Shown here: positions 1-17,520 of the stretch, in pieces
How the letters are laid out: each line of letters opens with the position of its first letter
Position numbering within the stretch: the stretch's first letter is position 1
NCBI GenBank assembly: GCA_043228905.1
Contig: JBHGNT010000013.1
Coordinates: 3,100,001-3,164,000, forward strand
Length of the DNA stretch: 64,000 bases
DNA from: Azolla caroliniana
Taxonomy: Eukaryota > Plantae > Polypodiophyta
Direction: 5' to 3'
Notes under the pieces: generated by a model
Told to the model about the DNA's origin: nothing
Seen by the model: the letters and a program-made list of their open reading frames with translations, nothing else
The model's database searches: none
Position numbers and translations under genes: made by a program

Positions 1-138
1 TCTTTCCCAAGAGACGGTTCAAGTGAGAGAACTTAGAGAGAAGGTGACTATATAAGCACCTTCTCCTTCTCTTTGTAATTGTTGTTGGTTCATTCTTGCT
101 CCTTGTTAATACAATTTTCTTGTTTTCAGTATACATTG

Positions 139-141
<3 letters not shown>

Positions 142-196
<55 letters not shown>
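142..196. repeat. (CT)n-(CA)n compound microsatellite
   Basis: Direct read of a tctc... run followed by a caca... run. Confidence 0.95.
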
Positions 197-357
197 TCTC
201 TTCCGCTGCACAGAATCACTCCCGATTCTTTACAATTCTAATTAAGGTAAACAACACCATTTACGAAATTATAAGTTGAGTTATTGTTCTCTTTCTCTTG
301 CCTATTCTCTCTCTTAGTTCTTAGTTTCGTCTTGGTTCTGCTCTATTATACTCATCC

Positions 358-3300
358 ATGACAATATGGACACTTTTACCAATGTTGATGAGTCAAATAG
401 GTAAAGTGTTGGTATCTCCTCATGCAAATGCTACAAATAAATGCAATTTTTGTGTGTTATGGGATACAAGTCGTAAGAGGCCAAGATGGGTGTGTATGAA
501 CACACCTGGTATGGAAAGACTTTATTTTGAATTGAAGTGGGAGATATTTGTAGGTCATTGTTTTGGATGTGGTGAATGGGGTCACTTTATGGTGGAATAT
601 CAACGTCATTGTACTTCAACTTTGGAGGTTCCTAATGAAGGGAATTGTCAGAACAAAGTAAAAGATAGAGTGATGAAAGAAGGATATAAAGAGAACAAAA
701 TGATAAGAGAAGAACGGGTGTATTAAGATAGGATGAGCACAAGAGGAACCATATACAAGATAGGTGATGAGAGCTTAAGATTGGTGTTGATTTGAAATTA
801 TTTGAGAAGACTTGTATGTCTCTATTTATTGGTTCGTATAGAATAGCCTAGAGATTTTTGTAATGTTCTAGACCTAGAATATGTTAAGATGTTCTAGAAT
901 ATTCAAGAACGTTCTAGAATGCTCTAGAGTTTTTACAATAATCAATATATTACAAAAAGTATATTTTATTATATGGCAATAGGATATCTTAATGGTTGGG
1001 TTTTCTATTATGAATTGCAAGGTCATGGGTTCAAGACTAGATGAATCCATGATGTTTATGTGTTCATGATAATATCGCTCCTTATAGAGCGATGAGTGGA
1101 AGTCAGTGTTAATAATCCAAGGTTGGGTTTGTTTTGATAATGGAAATGGACAAGAGCTTGAGCATTACAAACATTATCAACAGGTTCCAAAGTGCAATCA
1201 CTCGGAGGATAGTCTAGCCAATCAACTAGATAATAGAGCTTATTGTGCTAGCAGCTACCTCATAGATAGGTCCGTCAGCAAGTTGGAGAGAAGGCGGAGT
1301 TAACAAAACAAGATTAGGAATTGAAGGGGTATGACAAGGTTCCAAAAGAGAGCTATGAAAGACTAGGTGAAGCCATAACTGTGTAGGAAGATTAAGAAGA
1401 AATTTTGCATCATTAATCTGCGTTGTGATGACAAAACGACCTAAGTATTGATAATCGAGCTTAGCACACAACCGGGTGGTCTTGATGTGATGACAAAGCA
1501 ACCATACTCGGTCACCAATCTTAAAAGGAAACTTAAGACAATGTCGATCTACGTTGGTCTTATGTTGTGCTTGAGCTTTTTGAAAATGTGAAGATAACAC
1601 TAACTAGATAGGTTGTAGTCAGCGGAGGTGATGCTCCACACTAGGGTTTGGTGAGACCTTGGGAAGTTCCATGATACACCACCAATGATGGTTGTCGGTG
1701 TAGGCAAAGAAAGGTATAACCTTCGTAGAAGAGTGTACCATGTTATTGTACATAAACTCGTTTCAATTTCAAGATCATTTTTCGTCCAAGGAAACAACAA
1801 GGGAAAGTAGATGCTCTATCTTGACGTTCATATGTGGCACTTTAGCCTAGAGATCTGACCTTCGACAATCAAAAGCAAATTCTCCTAGGTCCATCAAAGC
1901 TACATGCAACAATAGTTTATGCCACACCACTTGATTCAAGCCTTCTATAAGGAATTCAAGTGTTAGAACACTGTCACGATGCCCCAATGGCTAGACATTT
2001 TGGTATTGCCTAGATCCTAGAGCTGGTGAAGCGCTCATTTTGGTGGTCTCACTTGCAAAACTACATGGTCGCCTCATCCTGCACCTATCTTTTGGTGACC
2101 ATGGAATCTTAATCTCTCCTTGCTTACCTTGTATCTAGTTCCTCTTATGACCATCCTATTTAATACACACATTCTTCTCTTATCATTTTGTTCATTTCTT
2201 CTTCTGTTCTCTTTATATCCTTCTTCCATCGCCTTATAGAATAGCCTAGAGAATTCTATAATGTTCTAGACCTAGAACATTCTAAGATGTTCTAGGATAT
2301 TCTAAAATGTTCTAGAATGTTCCAACATTTTTACAATAATTAATATATTACAAAAAGTATATTATCTTATATGACAATAGGCTATCTTAATGGTTGGGTT
2401 TTCGATTATGTATTACAAGGTCTTCGATTCAAGTTTGAGTGAAGCCATGATGTTCATGTGTTCATGATAGGAATGGTAATGAAGGAGTTGAGAGAGATGT
2501 TGGTATGTCTGATATTGTGGTTGTTATGGATGAAGGAACATCACGTCAAGGTTTGGGCCATAAGAATAAGGGAACTCAATCTAGATATGGAAAATCAAAG
2601 TTTAGTGCTTAGATATAAGGGGGGGAAAGTATTGGATAGGACTAGTATTGATGTTATTGTTGGTAAAGATTGACATCATGTAAAACGCAAGTCAAAGGGG
2701 AAATCAATGAATATGCAACGTAATAGTTTGTCCACGTTACTTCAGGAACAAGGGAGGGTCCTTGAAAAGTTCCTTGGAAACGACAATTTAGGGATAAGGG
2801 ATTAACCCTTCAACTTCAAGTTGATTCATTGGGACGGGTTATAAATTCATCAAATCCTCGAGGTTTTTATCAAGTGGGATGACCTAAACAAAAGGTTTCA
2901 ATAGACGGCCCTAAGGATGTGCTGCATGAAAATCCATATGCAGCATTAGAACATGCTTTGACTAGTTTCATGACATCAGTTGCTTTGAAGGAGCAAATGC
3001 ACCCATAACATTGTTGATTGAATGAAAGTGGTAACATGGAATGTGAGAGGGGCATGTTCTCCTCATAAGAAGTATATGTTATGGGAAACTTTGTTAAGTA
3101 GAGAATGAGATATATTATGTGTAGTGGAGCATAAGTGCCATGAGTTAAGTTCATTTGTGTGGATTGTATCATTCTATACTAGACATCTTACTATTCATTA
3201 TTCAGGTGTGGTATTAATTGTGGGGATAAATGTTATCCTCAAGTGGTGCATAATGATCCTTATGGTCAGTTTTTAGTTATAGAAAGCACTTATCTTGACA

Positions 3301-4100
3301 AGGTTGTGTGGTTGGTTGGTATGCCCCTAACCAAGCCACTCAACATATTGTATTATGGGCCTCACTCCTTCAAACCCTATGTGTGGGCCGTCCAGGATTA
3401 CTTATGGGTGATTTTAACATGTGTTTATGCCAGTCAATCTATGTTTCAACATTCAATCATGGATGATCCTTAGCATGTTGTTGAGGCTCATTGGCTATGG
3501 AGGTTTTGAAGTTGGATGTTTGGACGTGGTTGCATGAGAATGATCCAAGTTTTATCGTCTAATCTGCTCGACATAGACATGGAGTCAGTTAAATAGAATG
3601 TATGTGATGCACGAGGATTCTTTTTCAACCATTCTCACAAGTTCTCTCTAGGTGTAATGCATTATTGATACATGCACCATTATATGAGGAGATTTTGGAT
3701 ATCTAGAGTCAATTGCATATTATTATTCTCAATTGCAATGTCAAAGTTATCCTTGTGCTAAGATGCGAAAACTTGAGGATGGGCTCATAGATAATCAATG
3801 TCAATCTCATTTGTTTTTCCAAGCGTTACATCCTACCTATGCTCGACCTAATGTGGTACATATGAAGCAAGGGGATGAATTTATAGTGGATCTAGCTGCA
3901 ATAATTGCAATATGTGTTCATTACTTTAAGGAGTTGATTAGCCCACAATTGTTCATGATAAATGAGGTGAGTAGAGCACACCATGAGTTTTATGATGTGG
4001 TTGGATGTATTGTGCACGACCTCATTAGTCATGAATTGGATATGGATTTCACTAAGGATGAGGTGGACATGAGTTTAAGGTATCTTCCTAGTGGTAAGGA
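358..4100 (+). mobile_element. Degenerate L1-like LINE (ORF1 zinc knuckle, APE endonuclease, linker), interrupted by a Gypsy insertion at 646-2469
   Basis: ORF1 remnant has CFGCGEWGHF (CCHC knuckle). The frame PNEGN|GNEGVER resumes after the insertion. APE motifs MGDFNM (~3403) and LNRMYV (~3590) are present, followed by the linker FTKDEVDMSLRYLPSGK (~4050-4100). Many stops and frameshifts. Confidence 0.75.
646..2469 (-). mobile_element. Internally deleted and rearranged Ty3/Gypsy chromovirus-like LTR retrotransposon
   Basis: GGAAT TSD at 641-645 and 2470-2474. Termini TGTCAGAAC...GTTCATGATA. Direct repeats at ~836-1070 and ~2233-2469. Minus-strand integrase (EFMYNN..HSSTK, FKIGDRVWL, LHLVFHSSLLEP, YEV chromodomain start). 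Plus-strand RNaseH end and integrase zinc-finger start (FRPRKQQGKVDALS, CHDAPMARHFG) at ~1760-2070. Confidence 0.85.
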
Positions 4101-4690
4101 GAGTAGTAAGCCAAACCCTAATCTTTATCTTTTGTATGGTGCTAAACCTCTTTGTACTAAGGAGAGTGGTAGTAATAAATACTTCCTTTGTTCAAAATTT
4201 GTTTATCATGGTATGAGAGAGAGTAAGGCGAGATATTAAGTGTTAATCTATAAGCAAAGTGAGTTAGTAGCTCGGAAGTGTTTGGCAACCACTTCCGCTC
4301 TACTCGCCACCAAGAGGGAATACGCTGGTCTAAACCCAAGGCCAACGACATCGACGAGAGGGGAAAACCTTATGTACATAGACATTTCCATGAGGTACAT
4401 GGAAGTGACACACTTCCCATTTGTCATGTCCATTAACTCATGGCTTTCCCATATGCAATGTGAACAATTCCAACATCTTCATGTTTCTCTTTTGAATCAG
4501 ATGGAGTCTCCTAACATAAGGTCCAATCCACCTCTTTTCGTCGAACTTGGATTTTTTCCTTTATGGGTTGAGTTGGTGTGGAATTTGATTGTGGGTTTTG
4601 TCCACTCCTAGTTGAGATGTTCCCATCATCTTCGGGTATTTGCAACTAATGAACACTACACTACAATTACAAAGATTGGATTCTACATAT
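4100..4690 (+). mobile_element. LTR-like fragment truncating the LINE; same family as the LTR near 28.1-28.3 kb
   Basis: 4248-4360 (gtgagttagtagctcggaagtgtttggcaaccacttccgctctactcgccaccaagaggg) aligns by eye with 28130-28240. Boundaries are approximate. Confidence 0.5.
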
Positions 4691-6371
4691 TAGTCAATTC
4701 ATAAATTTTGAATGATTTGTTCTTGAGAAACACAATCCTTACGTAAGATTCATATCCTTTCACAATCTTTGTCTATATCTTCTCCATCCGCTAGTCTTTT
4801 GTTGAGTATAGTATATATTGCCATCTTGTTATGTGTAAACTTGGCAGCAAATTCTGGGTTCGTGTAGGTTTGAAGTGGTCTCTATCACAATGGTCTAGGG
4901 ATTGCACTGTATGTGTCACGCACTTTCTTCCATATTATTCTTAGATACGACTGACAAGCTCTATTGTATTTCAGTTCAACATTTAAAAAAAAGCTTTATT
5001 GACCTTTCCCTTTCATAGTTGTTGAAGTATGAGGCACCGCAATCTTTCCCTTTTGACAATTGCTCCTCTTACACTATCTTCAACTCTCTTGGAAGCACCA
5101 TCCTAATGCCATTTCCCTTCAATAAATATGCCTCTATCTCCAATTTCTTATGAAACCATTGTGGGTTTTGCAAGTGTGACTTAGTAATTGTACACCCCCG
5201 AGGTTTTATCCTTGTCGGATCTCAGACACTCTTGAAGATAGAAACTGGGTCAACTCAAAGCTTATTTCACAATGTTTGTAATCACTTATATGCATATATG
5301 GGCCTCCAACTAGAAGACAAGGACAAACACAAATTTGCCTTTTGGAGGAGCATCAACATATTATGATTCATGTTTTGGTATCAGGTCTGCATCCTCATTA
5401 GTCTCTACCTTTGCCATCTCCATGTTATTTTGAGCCTCCAATTTTCTTGAATTGACAACACTAATACCCCTTCTTACAAAAACCTTGCAACCTTTACCCA
5501 AGTTAGAACACATGCACTAGAATATAGTCACATATACATTGTTGACAAATGAATCCTGCCATACCTCCCTTCATTGGGTTTTCTTTCACCCCAATAAGAA
5601 TCAATGCCACGAAACTCCGAGGACTTGGCAACCATCTATGCCAAGGAACTCTGCGGACCCACACCAATATAGAGACCTCATACATTTTCTCTATACTATA
5701 AGTGAAATGATAGGGAAACCAAGAGAATGAACAAGTATAGATGTAAACTGAAAACTGAAATGCATTAACATTAATAAAATTATAGAGGATGTGTACAAAA
5801 TCAAGCTCTTTGGAAGGTAATCAACTTGGAAAGAGAATGCAAAATCTCCATTTATATTTCTTAGATTAGATTCACTACCAAATGATCTCCTACTATTTAT
5901 TTTATGGCTTCCTTAGAAGTTGGCTCATATGAGAAAGCGTAAAAGAATTACAACAATTTGAAAACATGTTCGTAAACATACCCCCATGAATGCAAACTCT
6001 ACTATATTAGACCTTATTTTTCCTTTCCGAGTCCTTTGTTTAATCCTTCTATTCCATAAAACCTACTAAGAATATCTACACTATATCTACTTTCATTTCA
6101 CATCATAACATCAACATTAGGAGAATTAAGTAAACATCGCTTAAGAGAATGAGAGAGAAATACATTTAAGTACTCAAGTATTATAATGCAATTTCTCGTT
6201 TCATCTCAACTCAAGTATTATGATGTTTCCTTAGAAGACTGCAATTTGTGAGCAAAAGAGAGGACTCAAGACTAACTCTTTTACTCATATAAGAAGACTA
6301 ACATTCTGAATGCATGCACTTCAATGCCAGATTGCAAATACTTTGAATGCACTCTCTTGGATCATTGCAAA

Positions 6372-7238
6372 TGACGGGAACTGGTCGTTCCTTATGCGCA
6401 ACGCTCGGCCACAACCGAGCTTAGAATCATACACAGAAAACGAGAAACAAATGCACGACACAAAGGAGAGAAAAGGTAGACAGGATGTTTACGTGGAAAA
6501 CCCAAACTAAGGGAAAAACCACGGCAGCCCACATGCTGCAAACTATCACTATATTGGAATGTACAAACAGTGAGTTCACGGAGGCAACGACCTCGTGCTC
6601 ACGATCTTCGCCACAGGTGGCGGTTACAACAGAGGCAGCGACCTCTTTCTCTCTCTCTCTCTGTGTACACTGTTACGCGCTCTAATCTCGTGCAAAAAAG
6701 GAAAATGACAACAACAACAACAACCCTTGCTAAAAGTTTCCCCTAAGTCATATTTATACTAATATGACTTTTCGGCTATTTACAAATATAGCCTCAATGG
6801 ACTCTCAGAAACATATTTACCAATATGTCTCCTCATCCGGTTCATACCGGGTCTGCACCATCCGGCTCTCCGTAGCCGGGTACTCCTCATCCGGTTCATA
6901 CCGGGTCTGCACCATCCGGCTCTCCGTAGCCAGGTACTCCTCATCCGGTTCATACCGGGTCTGCACCATCCGGTTCTCCGTAGTCGGGTACTCCTCATCC
7001 GGTTCTCACCGGGTCTGCACCATCCGGCTCTCCGTAGCCGGGTACTCCTCATCTAGTTCTCACCGGGTCTGCACCATCCGGCTCTCCGTAGCCGGGTACT
7101 CCTCATCCGGTTCTCACCGGGTCTGCACCATCTAGCTCTCCGTAGCCGGGTACTCCTCTTCCGGTTTCGGCCTCGGCCGAGATTGTTCGTCGGCACTGTT
7201 CTTCTCCCTTCCCATCCGGAGGGACCTGTCTCCCAACA
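6372..7238 (-). mobile_element. Solo LTR (Copia-like), 867 bp
   Basis: TG...CA termini with a perfect GCAAA TSD (6367-6371 and 7239-7243). Contains the motif tttacgtggaaaaccc...gggaaaaaccacgg typical of plant Copia LTRs read antisense. Confidence 0.85.
6829..7165. repeat. 54-bp GC-rich tandem repeat, ~6.2 copies, inside the solo LTR
   Basis: Unit ctcctcatccggttcataccgggtctgcaccatccggctctccgtagccgggta, repeated with few substitutions. Confidence 0.95.
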
Positions 7239-8763
7239 GCAAACACTCTTGAATGAATGCATGCAGAGTAAAATGCACTCACTTGGATCGGCACATACAT
7301 TGCACACACTCTGAATGTATTGTGTTTGATTGGCACACTGCAAACACTTTGAATGCATTCACAATCTGAAAACACTTTGATGCATGCATAGTCTGAATGC
7401 ACTCTCTCAAACGGGTACATTATGCTCATCCACAATTGTTTTTGTCTCTTTGTCCCACAACAAGATTGAAACCCAAAGCCCCAATATCTAAACCCTAATA
7501 CCATATTTCAACAACATTTCACCCATCCACAACCCTTTGAAACAAACCCAACATTCATCCAACCCAAAACCCTAAACATGAATCATGAATCATTCAAATT
7601 GACAAAAGCATATGTGCACCAAGCGGATACGAAATATATAAAATGCATACTTGATCAGTTGTGGTTGAGTCCTTTTGTTTTCTTCCCTCCTAAACCCTCA
7701 AAGCAAGCAATCGATTCAAAAAGTGGCTAGTATGTTAGATGCAACTAACAACCTAAAAAGAAAGCTTCATACAGACAATTGAACTCTTTCCATCAACCAT
7801 TACACTTGGATTTTATAGTGTAACCAATGCATCTTGAATGGTATTGATTCATTGCATGATTCCCAAGCTTTAAAATACCTATATCATTCTTACTTGGATA
7901 ATTAGTCTCAAAATCAGAAAAAACATAAATACTTATTTTTTATAACATTCCACTAGGGACTTGTGATACAAAACTTTTGTTAGTTACGAGGAAGGCTATT
8001 ACCTTTGCATCGACTTCATTCCATACAAGATATGTTCTTATATACCTGAGTCTTGCCATAACAAACAGAGAGAATGAGGAGATTATTACATTATAAATCA
8101 AAACGAAGATTGCAAGCCCAAATATTTGTAAGAAAAGTTTTTTTGAAACTAGCGAAATATGATGGTTGTGGGAAGACAGTCACTACTCAAGATCTAAAAG
8201 TCAAAACAATCTACAACCAAAAAGATATGAGGAATAAACAAAGACATACATATAGAGACAATATGCAGCATAATTTTCCACATTGATTATTTGACCAAGT
8301 ATATTTACGACATGCACATACAATCGAGAGATGTGTATGGTTTGTGAGAGAATGTTTCTAGAGAGAATAAGAAGAAAACAAAATCATATGGTTTAGTTTA
8401 GAAACAAGAGAGCAGACTAGAGTCCCAACAAGAGTGCATTGTCAACAAATAATCTCTCCTTCCACCAGGAAAGAAAAGTAATATTTATTCAAGACACAAA
8501 CAAGTTATTGTTATTCCCTTGTTGCACTTGCATTTGGTAGTGAAACGTTAGAGAGTGAATGTCTTGTAATGGCTGCATACGTGCTTCCATTGTGTGATTA
8601 AAATTGGGTCGACCCAAATGAAGAGGTGAATGCACTGTAAATTGTAGTGTACATTTGTGTTTCATTTTGTTTGTTGAATTTCCAGTGCAATGTTTTTGTA
8701 TAGCTACATAATAGTGAAAGCCAATGGCCAAAAGTAAGAGAGAATGATTTGTTTCAACATCCT

Positions 8764-13135
<4,372 letters not shown>

Positions 13136-14899
13136 TCACAACACAGCTCCCCTTTTAGATCCTACCCAATACAAGAAGATACACATACAAAAACAATTTT
13201 AAGCATGTTTTAAAGTTTAAAACAGTGAACAAAGTATGTAAAAATGTCAACAGAAATTCCATGAAACCATGCTAGATACACATTTTCAAAAGTATAATTC
13301 TACGGGGGTTTTAAGAGATATAAGCAATGAGTGAAGCAGATATGAATGTCAACAAATTTCCAAACAACTATGCCAGAGACACATAAAAAAGAACTCAAGG
13401 ATTTTTGAAGTGCATAAGAACTGAGTGAATAGATGAATGTTAACAAATATCCATGAAACTCTTCCTCGCTCTTGGCTAGTATCACCAGGCACTGAAAGCG
13501 TTTCCTTCACTTCAGAGATCTCTCCACCTTGGACTGGTCTATATTGGAGATTTTTCAAAGACAGAAGTTTCAGAGTATCTAATTCAACGTATTATGGGCT
13601 TAGATATCTAGATTATTTAGTACCCTGTGTGTATATTTATTTTGGTTTGCCGTTCTCAAAGATGAGAAAACATTTTAAGATGTAATCTCCTGTCCTGGCT
13701 TGTAGGAAATGTTACACAGGCAATGGTATGTGCCAGACGTGATGAACCACGAGTGATGTCATTTTAGAAAGACCCATGTGGGAGCTCATGCGATTGGTTC
13801 CCCTCAACTTTTAATGAGTAATACTACTAAAACCAGCCTCTCTTTGCATGTAGTTATTTATTTTGGTTTGTTCTCAAATATGAGAAAATATTTTAAGGTT
13901 TAATCTCCTGTTTGGTCTCATAGGCCATTTAAGCCTCTTAAAAGCCGTTAATATATCTTTATTTCTATGGATGCTAGAAAAATATCTATCGATCTATTTA
14001 TCTCAGATCCGGATCAATATGAAAAGTTACTCCTACAAATGTGCAATAGAACTGGAATGCTTATTGCAAATGGTGTGTTTTTATGGACTGCCTATATGTT
14101 ATTCTTCAAAGGTATCTTGGATTGCATACATAAATTTTCACTTAAGATAATGGATTCCAAAATGGGATTTTAGGACTTTATGTATTGATCTAAAATGTAT
14201 GGAAGGATTTGAGCATATGAAGTTAAAACATACTGCAAGGCAACCATATTCATACATAGACTTTAAAGAACATGTACGTGTACCAAGATGGTTGAGGCTA
14301 TGTTAAAGGCAGTTCCCGAATTTGCCACACTAGGATGCAAATGGAAAGTTTTCAAGAAAGGCATTTTCTCATGCACAATCAAATGCTTTTCAGTTAAGCA
14401 CGAGCACTGCCATGGCACTAATAAATGTCACCCAAGGAAAAAATGGTTTCTTAAGGAATGCCATGGTGCTCAAAAGTACCTAATGACTTTAGATGTAGTA
14501 AAAGATAAGGAAAACCATCAAAAGCATCTACATGCATACAACAGATTTATTTAAAGAAAGAAAAGAATATGGGAAGTTGATTGGCAGTTTCTCCCATGCA
14601 AGATAAAGCCAATGGTAATAGTAGAAGCATTATTCCAAATAGTGAACTTTATCAATATGATTTGAAGCAGTGATGGAAATGGTGACAAGAAAACAGGGTG
14701 AAGGGTTGTGGTACTCATAGTGATGAAGCAATTGAACAACAATGGCCTAAATATCCTGCACCTCTCTAAAATGGAGAGCGGAACAAAGTATTGTGGTAAG
14801 ACCAATGAAAATTCAATACCCAAAAGACTTGGGTCACACCAAGGAACACACTTCTCACAAATCTGACGCCTAATACACAAATTATTTCATGAGCTTCTC

Positions 14900-15935
14900 A
14901 CACAAGGGATTCATATAGAGACCAAGGCACATGAATGTCTCTACATGCCTCATAGTGCTCACAAAGCAATAGACCAACTCACAGTTTCTTCCCATAAGCT
15001 AGAGATCAAAACAAGATGAGCACTTTGTATACCTAGATCCGAAAGGCTTTGGAAGTTATGTGAAGGAGAGGTCAAGAGCAAGGAGTACTGACAACATTGT
15101 GGTAAAGCCATCATCAAGAGCAAGTAGTCAAAGCAAGATGACAATTTCATATACCTATATATGAAAGGCTTTGGAAGTTATGTGAAAGAGAGGTCAAGAG
15201 CAAGGAATACTGACGACATTGTGCTGAAGACATCAACAACAGCAAGTAGAAGAATGTTGTCGCCAGAGATTGCAAGTACTGTGATACAAGGCACATGGAC
15301 TATACTAGACATAGATCATGAAGATCATGGATAGCAATGGTCAATCTGCAGGACACCCAGATGCACTTGGTGAACTTCTTCATAGCCTCACTCCACTGCA
15401 CCGAGCTTTGGGACAAGCTGAATTCATATAAAGGATGAGGTACATTGATGTTTACATGCCCATAGTGTTCACAGGGCATTACACCAACTCAAAGTTTCCC
15501 CCACAAGCTAGATATTGACCAGGCTGAGCACTTCGCAGCACTTCACAGACTTAGCTAAACGACTATGCAAGTTATTTGAAGGAGTGGTCAACTGCGAGGA
15601 GCACTAACAACAATGAGCTCAGAAGTCATCATAGAGCAAGCAAAGAATCCCACTTACAAGCTAGAGATTTGTACTGGGATGAGCACTTTGCATACCTAGA
15701 GTCAAAAGTCTTAGCAAGTTATGTGAAGGAGAGGTCAAAAAACTAACGATAATGTGTTTCGGAGTCATCATAGAGCAAGCTGAGGGTGCCACTACCGCAG
15801 GAGATTGCAAGTACCAATATACAAGGAATAACTAACACTAGATCATGGAGATCATGACTCATGTTGTCCGATCCACCAAAGGACATCTCGATGCCCCTGG
15901 TGAACTTTGTCATAGCATCACTCCACAGCACCATC
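14900..15935. repeat. Degenerate ~510-bp tandem duplication with ~120-140 bp internal subrepeats
   Basis: aagttatgtgaaggagaggtcaa-like core at ~15053, 15175, 15570 and 15716. 14910-15030 is similar to 15420-15535, and 15265-15400 is similar to 15800-15930. Confidence 0.75.
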
Positions 15936-17349
15936 CGTGGATGCAACATCCCCTCATCACCACTCATCCCCTACATATTAGTTATGCACTTCATACTTGT
16001 AAACCATCTCCAGATTCGTTTCATCACATGCACTAAAATCATGATCATGAAGCTATGGGAAACCTTGAGCTTTGTTTTGTTTTAATTTGCATAACGCTAA
16101 TTCACTCATATTTGTAATCATGGTTTGTCTCATAGGCCAATTCCAGCATCTAGAAATGTTAATATATTTTTCTTCCTAACTACGGCAGCATGGAAAGCAT
16201 CACATTTTTAACCGCGTAATAAACACAAAGTGATATTCTTTCTTCAGGTTGGGTTCTGATATTCAGAAATGGTTTGCATGATGGAACACAGAAGAGATCT
16301 TGAATGTCCACGTTGAGGAGGACAAGTATAGAGCATCAAATCCAATTTTACTAGGCCATGGCTTGCACACACTGAAAATAGAAAAATGCTGTGGCTGGCA
16401 GAATATTGCAGAGAAGATGAACGATTGTGACTTGTGTCATCTTAGCCAGCCTGTGATCAGAAGGACCACATGTGGCCTTGGTGTGCCTGGTATATGCTGA
16501 AATGCAATTGAAACGGGAATAGCCTAAACCATGAAAGCGGGGTTGTCGTAGAGAAATGAGATCTTTGTCTTGCTAGACAACATTTTAGAGTCTTTTCATG
16601 AGGTGCTACATGAGAGCATCCTGCTTAAAGAACTCATAAAGAGAACAGGCCCTTCACCCATGCCTTTGGATATCTGTTTTGTACAATTGCTTGATTTTTG
16701 GGAAGAGCTCACTCATATATTTGGCAAATCTGTCACATTGATACAATTAGCTAGTAGATTTTTCTTCTTTATTTTGTTTCATCTCTGTTCTTAGGTTGTA
16801 AATGCTTGTAGGTTCCATGGGTATTTTTGGGTCTCTTTTTTCTTTTTTTCATAAAAATGAACTATTATAACACTATAAATCTTTGTTATGGGAATGCCAT
16901 TCCAAACATCTGAACCTCATTCCAGGAATGACCAGCCACATTCCAGTTCAAGGTCAATTATTGGGAATAACATTCCCTGTAAAAGAAAGTTAGAACTATA
17001 AAAATAAATATATAATCCAAAAAGAGCTCATTCACAAAACAACGAATAACAAGTATTCGCCACCAAAATTTTATCACAAAGAATAATCAAAAAGAGTTCA
17101 TTCATCAATGGAGAGATTGGTTAGCACCATGGATGATATTGAAAGCAAGAGGAAAAATCGCTTTGGCACTGAAAAAACCAAGGATTCCGTTTTTGTCTCA
17201 ACAAATATGTGTTTGATTAAGGTTTCTTCTATACGTGGTAATGCAAGTGAAAATCTTCTTGGATTACACAAGGAAAAAAGTTTTCCACCTATAGTTGACA
17301 AGGATGATGAAATAAGTATTACCTTCATTTTGTGTCTCCATACTCCATC

Positions 17350-17430
17350 AGATAGATAGATAGATAGACAGATAGATATATCTATAGGTATCTATCCATC
17401 TATCTATATATCTATCTATCTATCTATCTA

Positions 17431-17507
<77 letters not shown>

Positions 17508-17520
17508 CTAGATAGATATA
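17350..17520. repeat. Compound (AGAT/TCTA)n-(TA)n-(GA)n microsatellite
   Basis: Direct read. Confidence 0.95.

Noticed and set aside
6829-7165. CRISPR-like array, or repeat-protein ORFs (SSSGSYRVCTIRL..)n
   Set aside because: No unique spacers and a eukaryotic context. The ORFs arise only because the 54-bp unit is divisible by 3 and has no stops.
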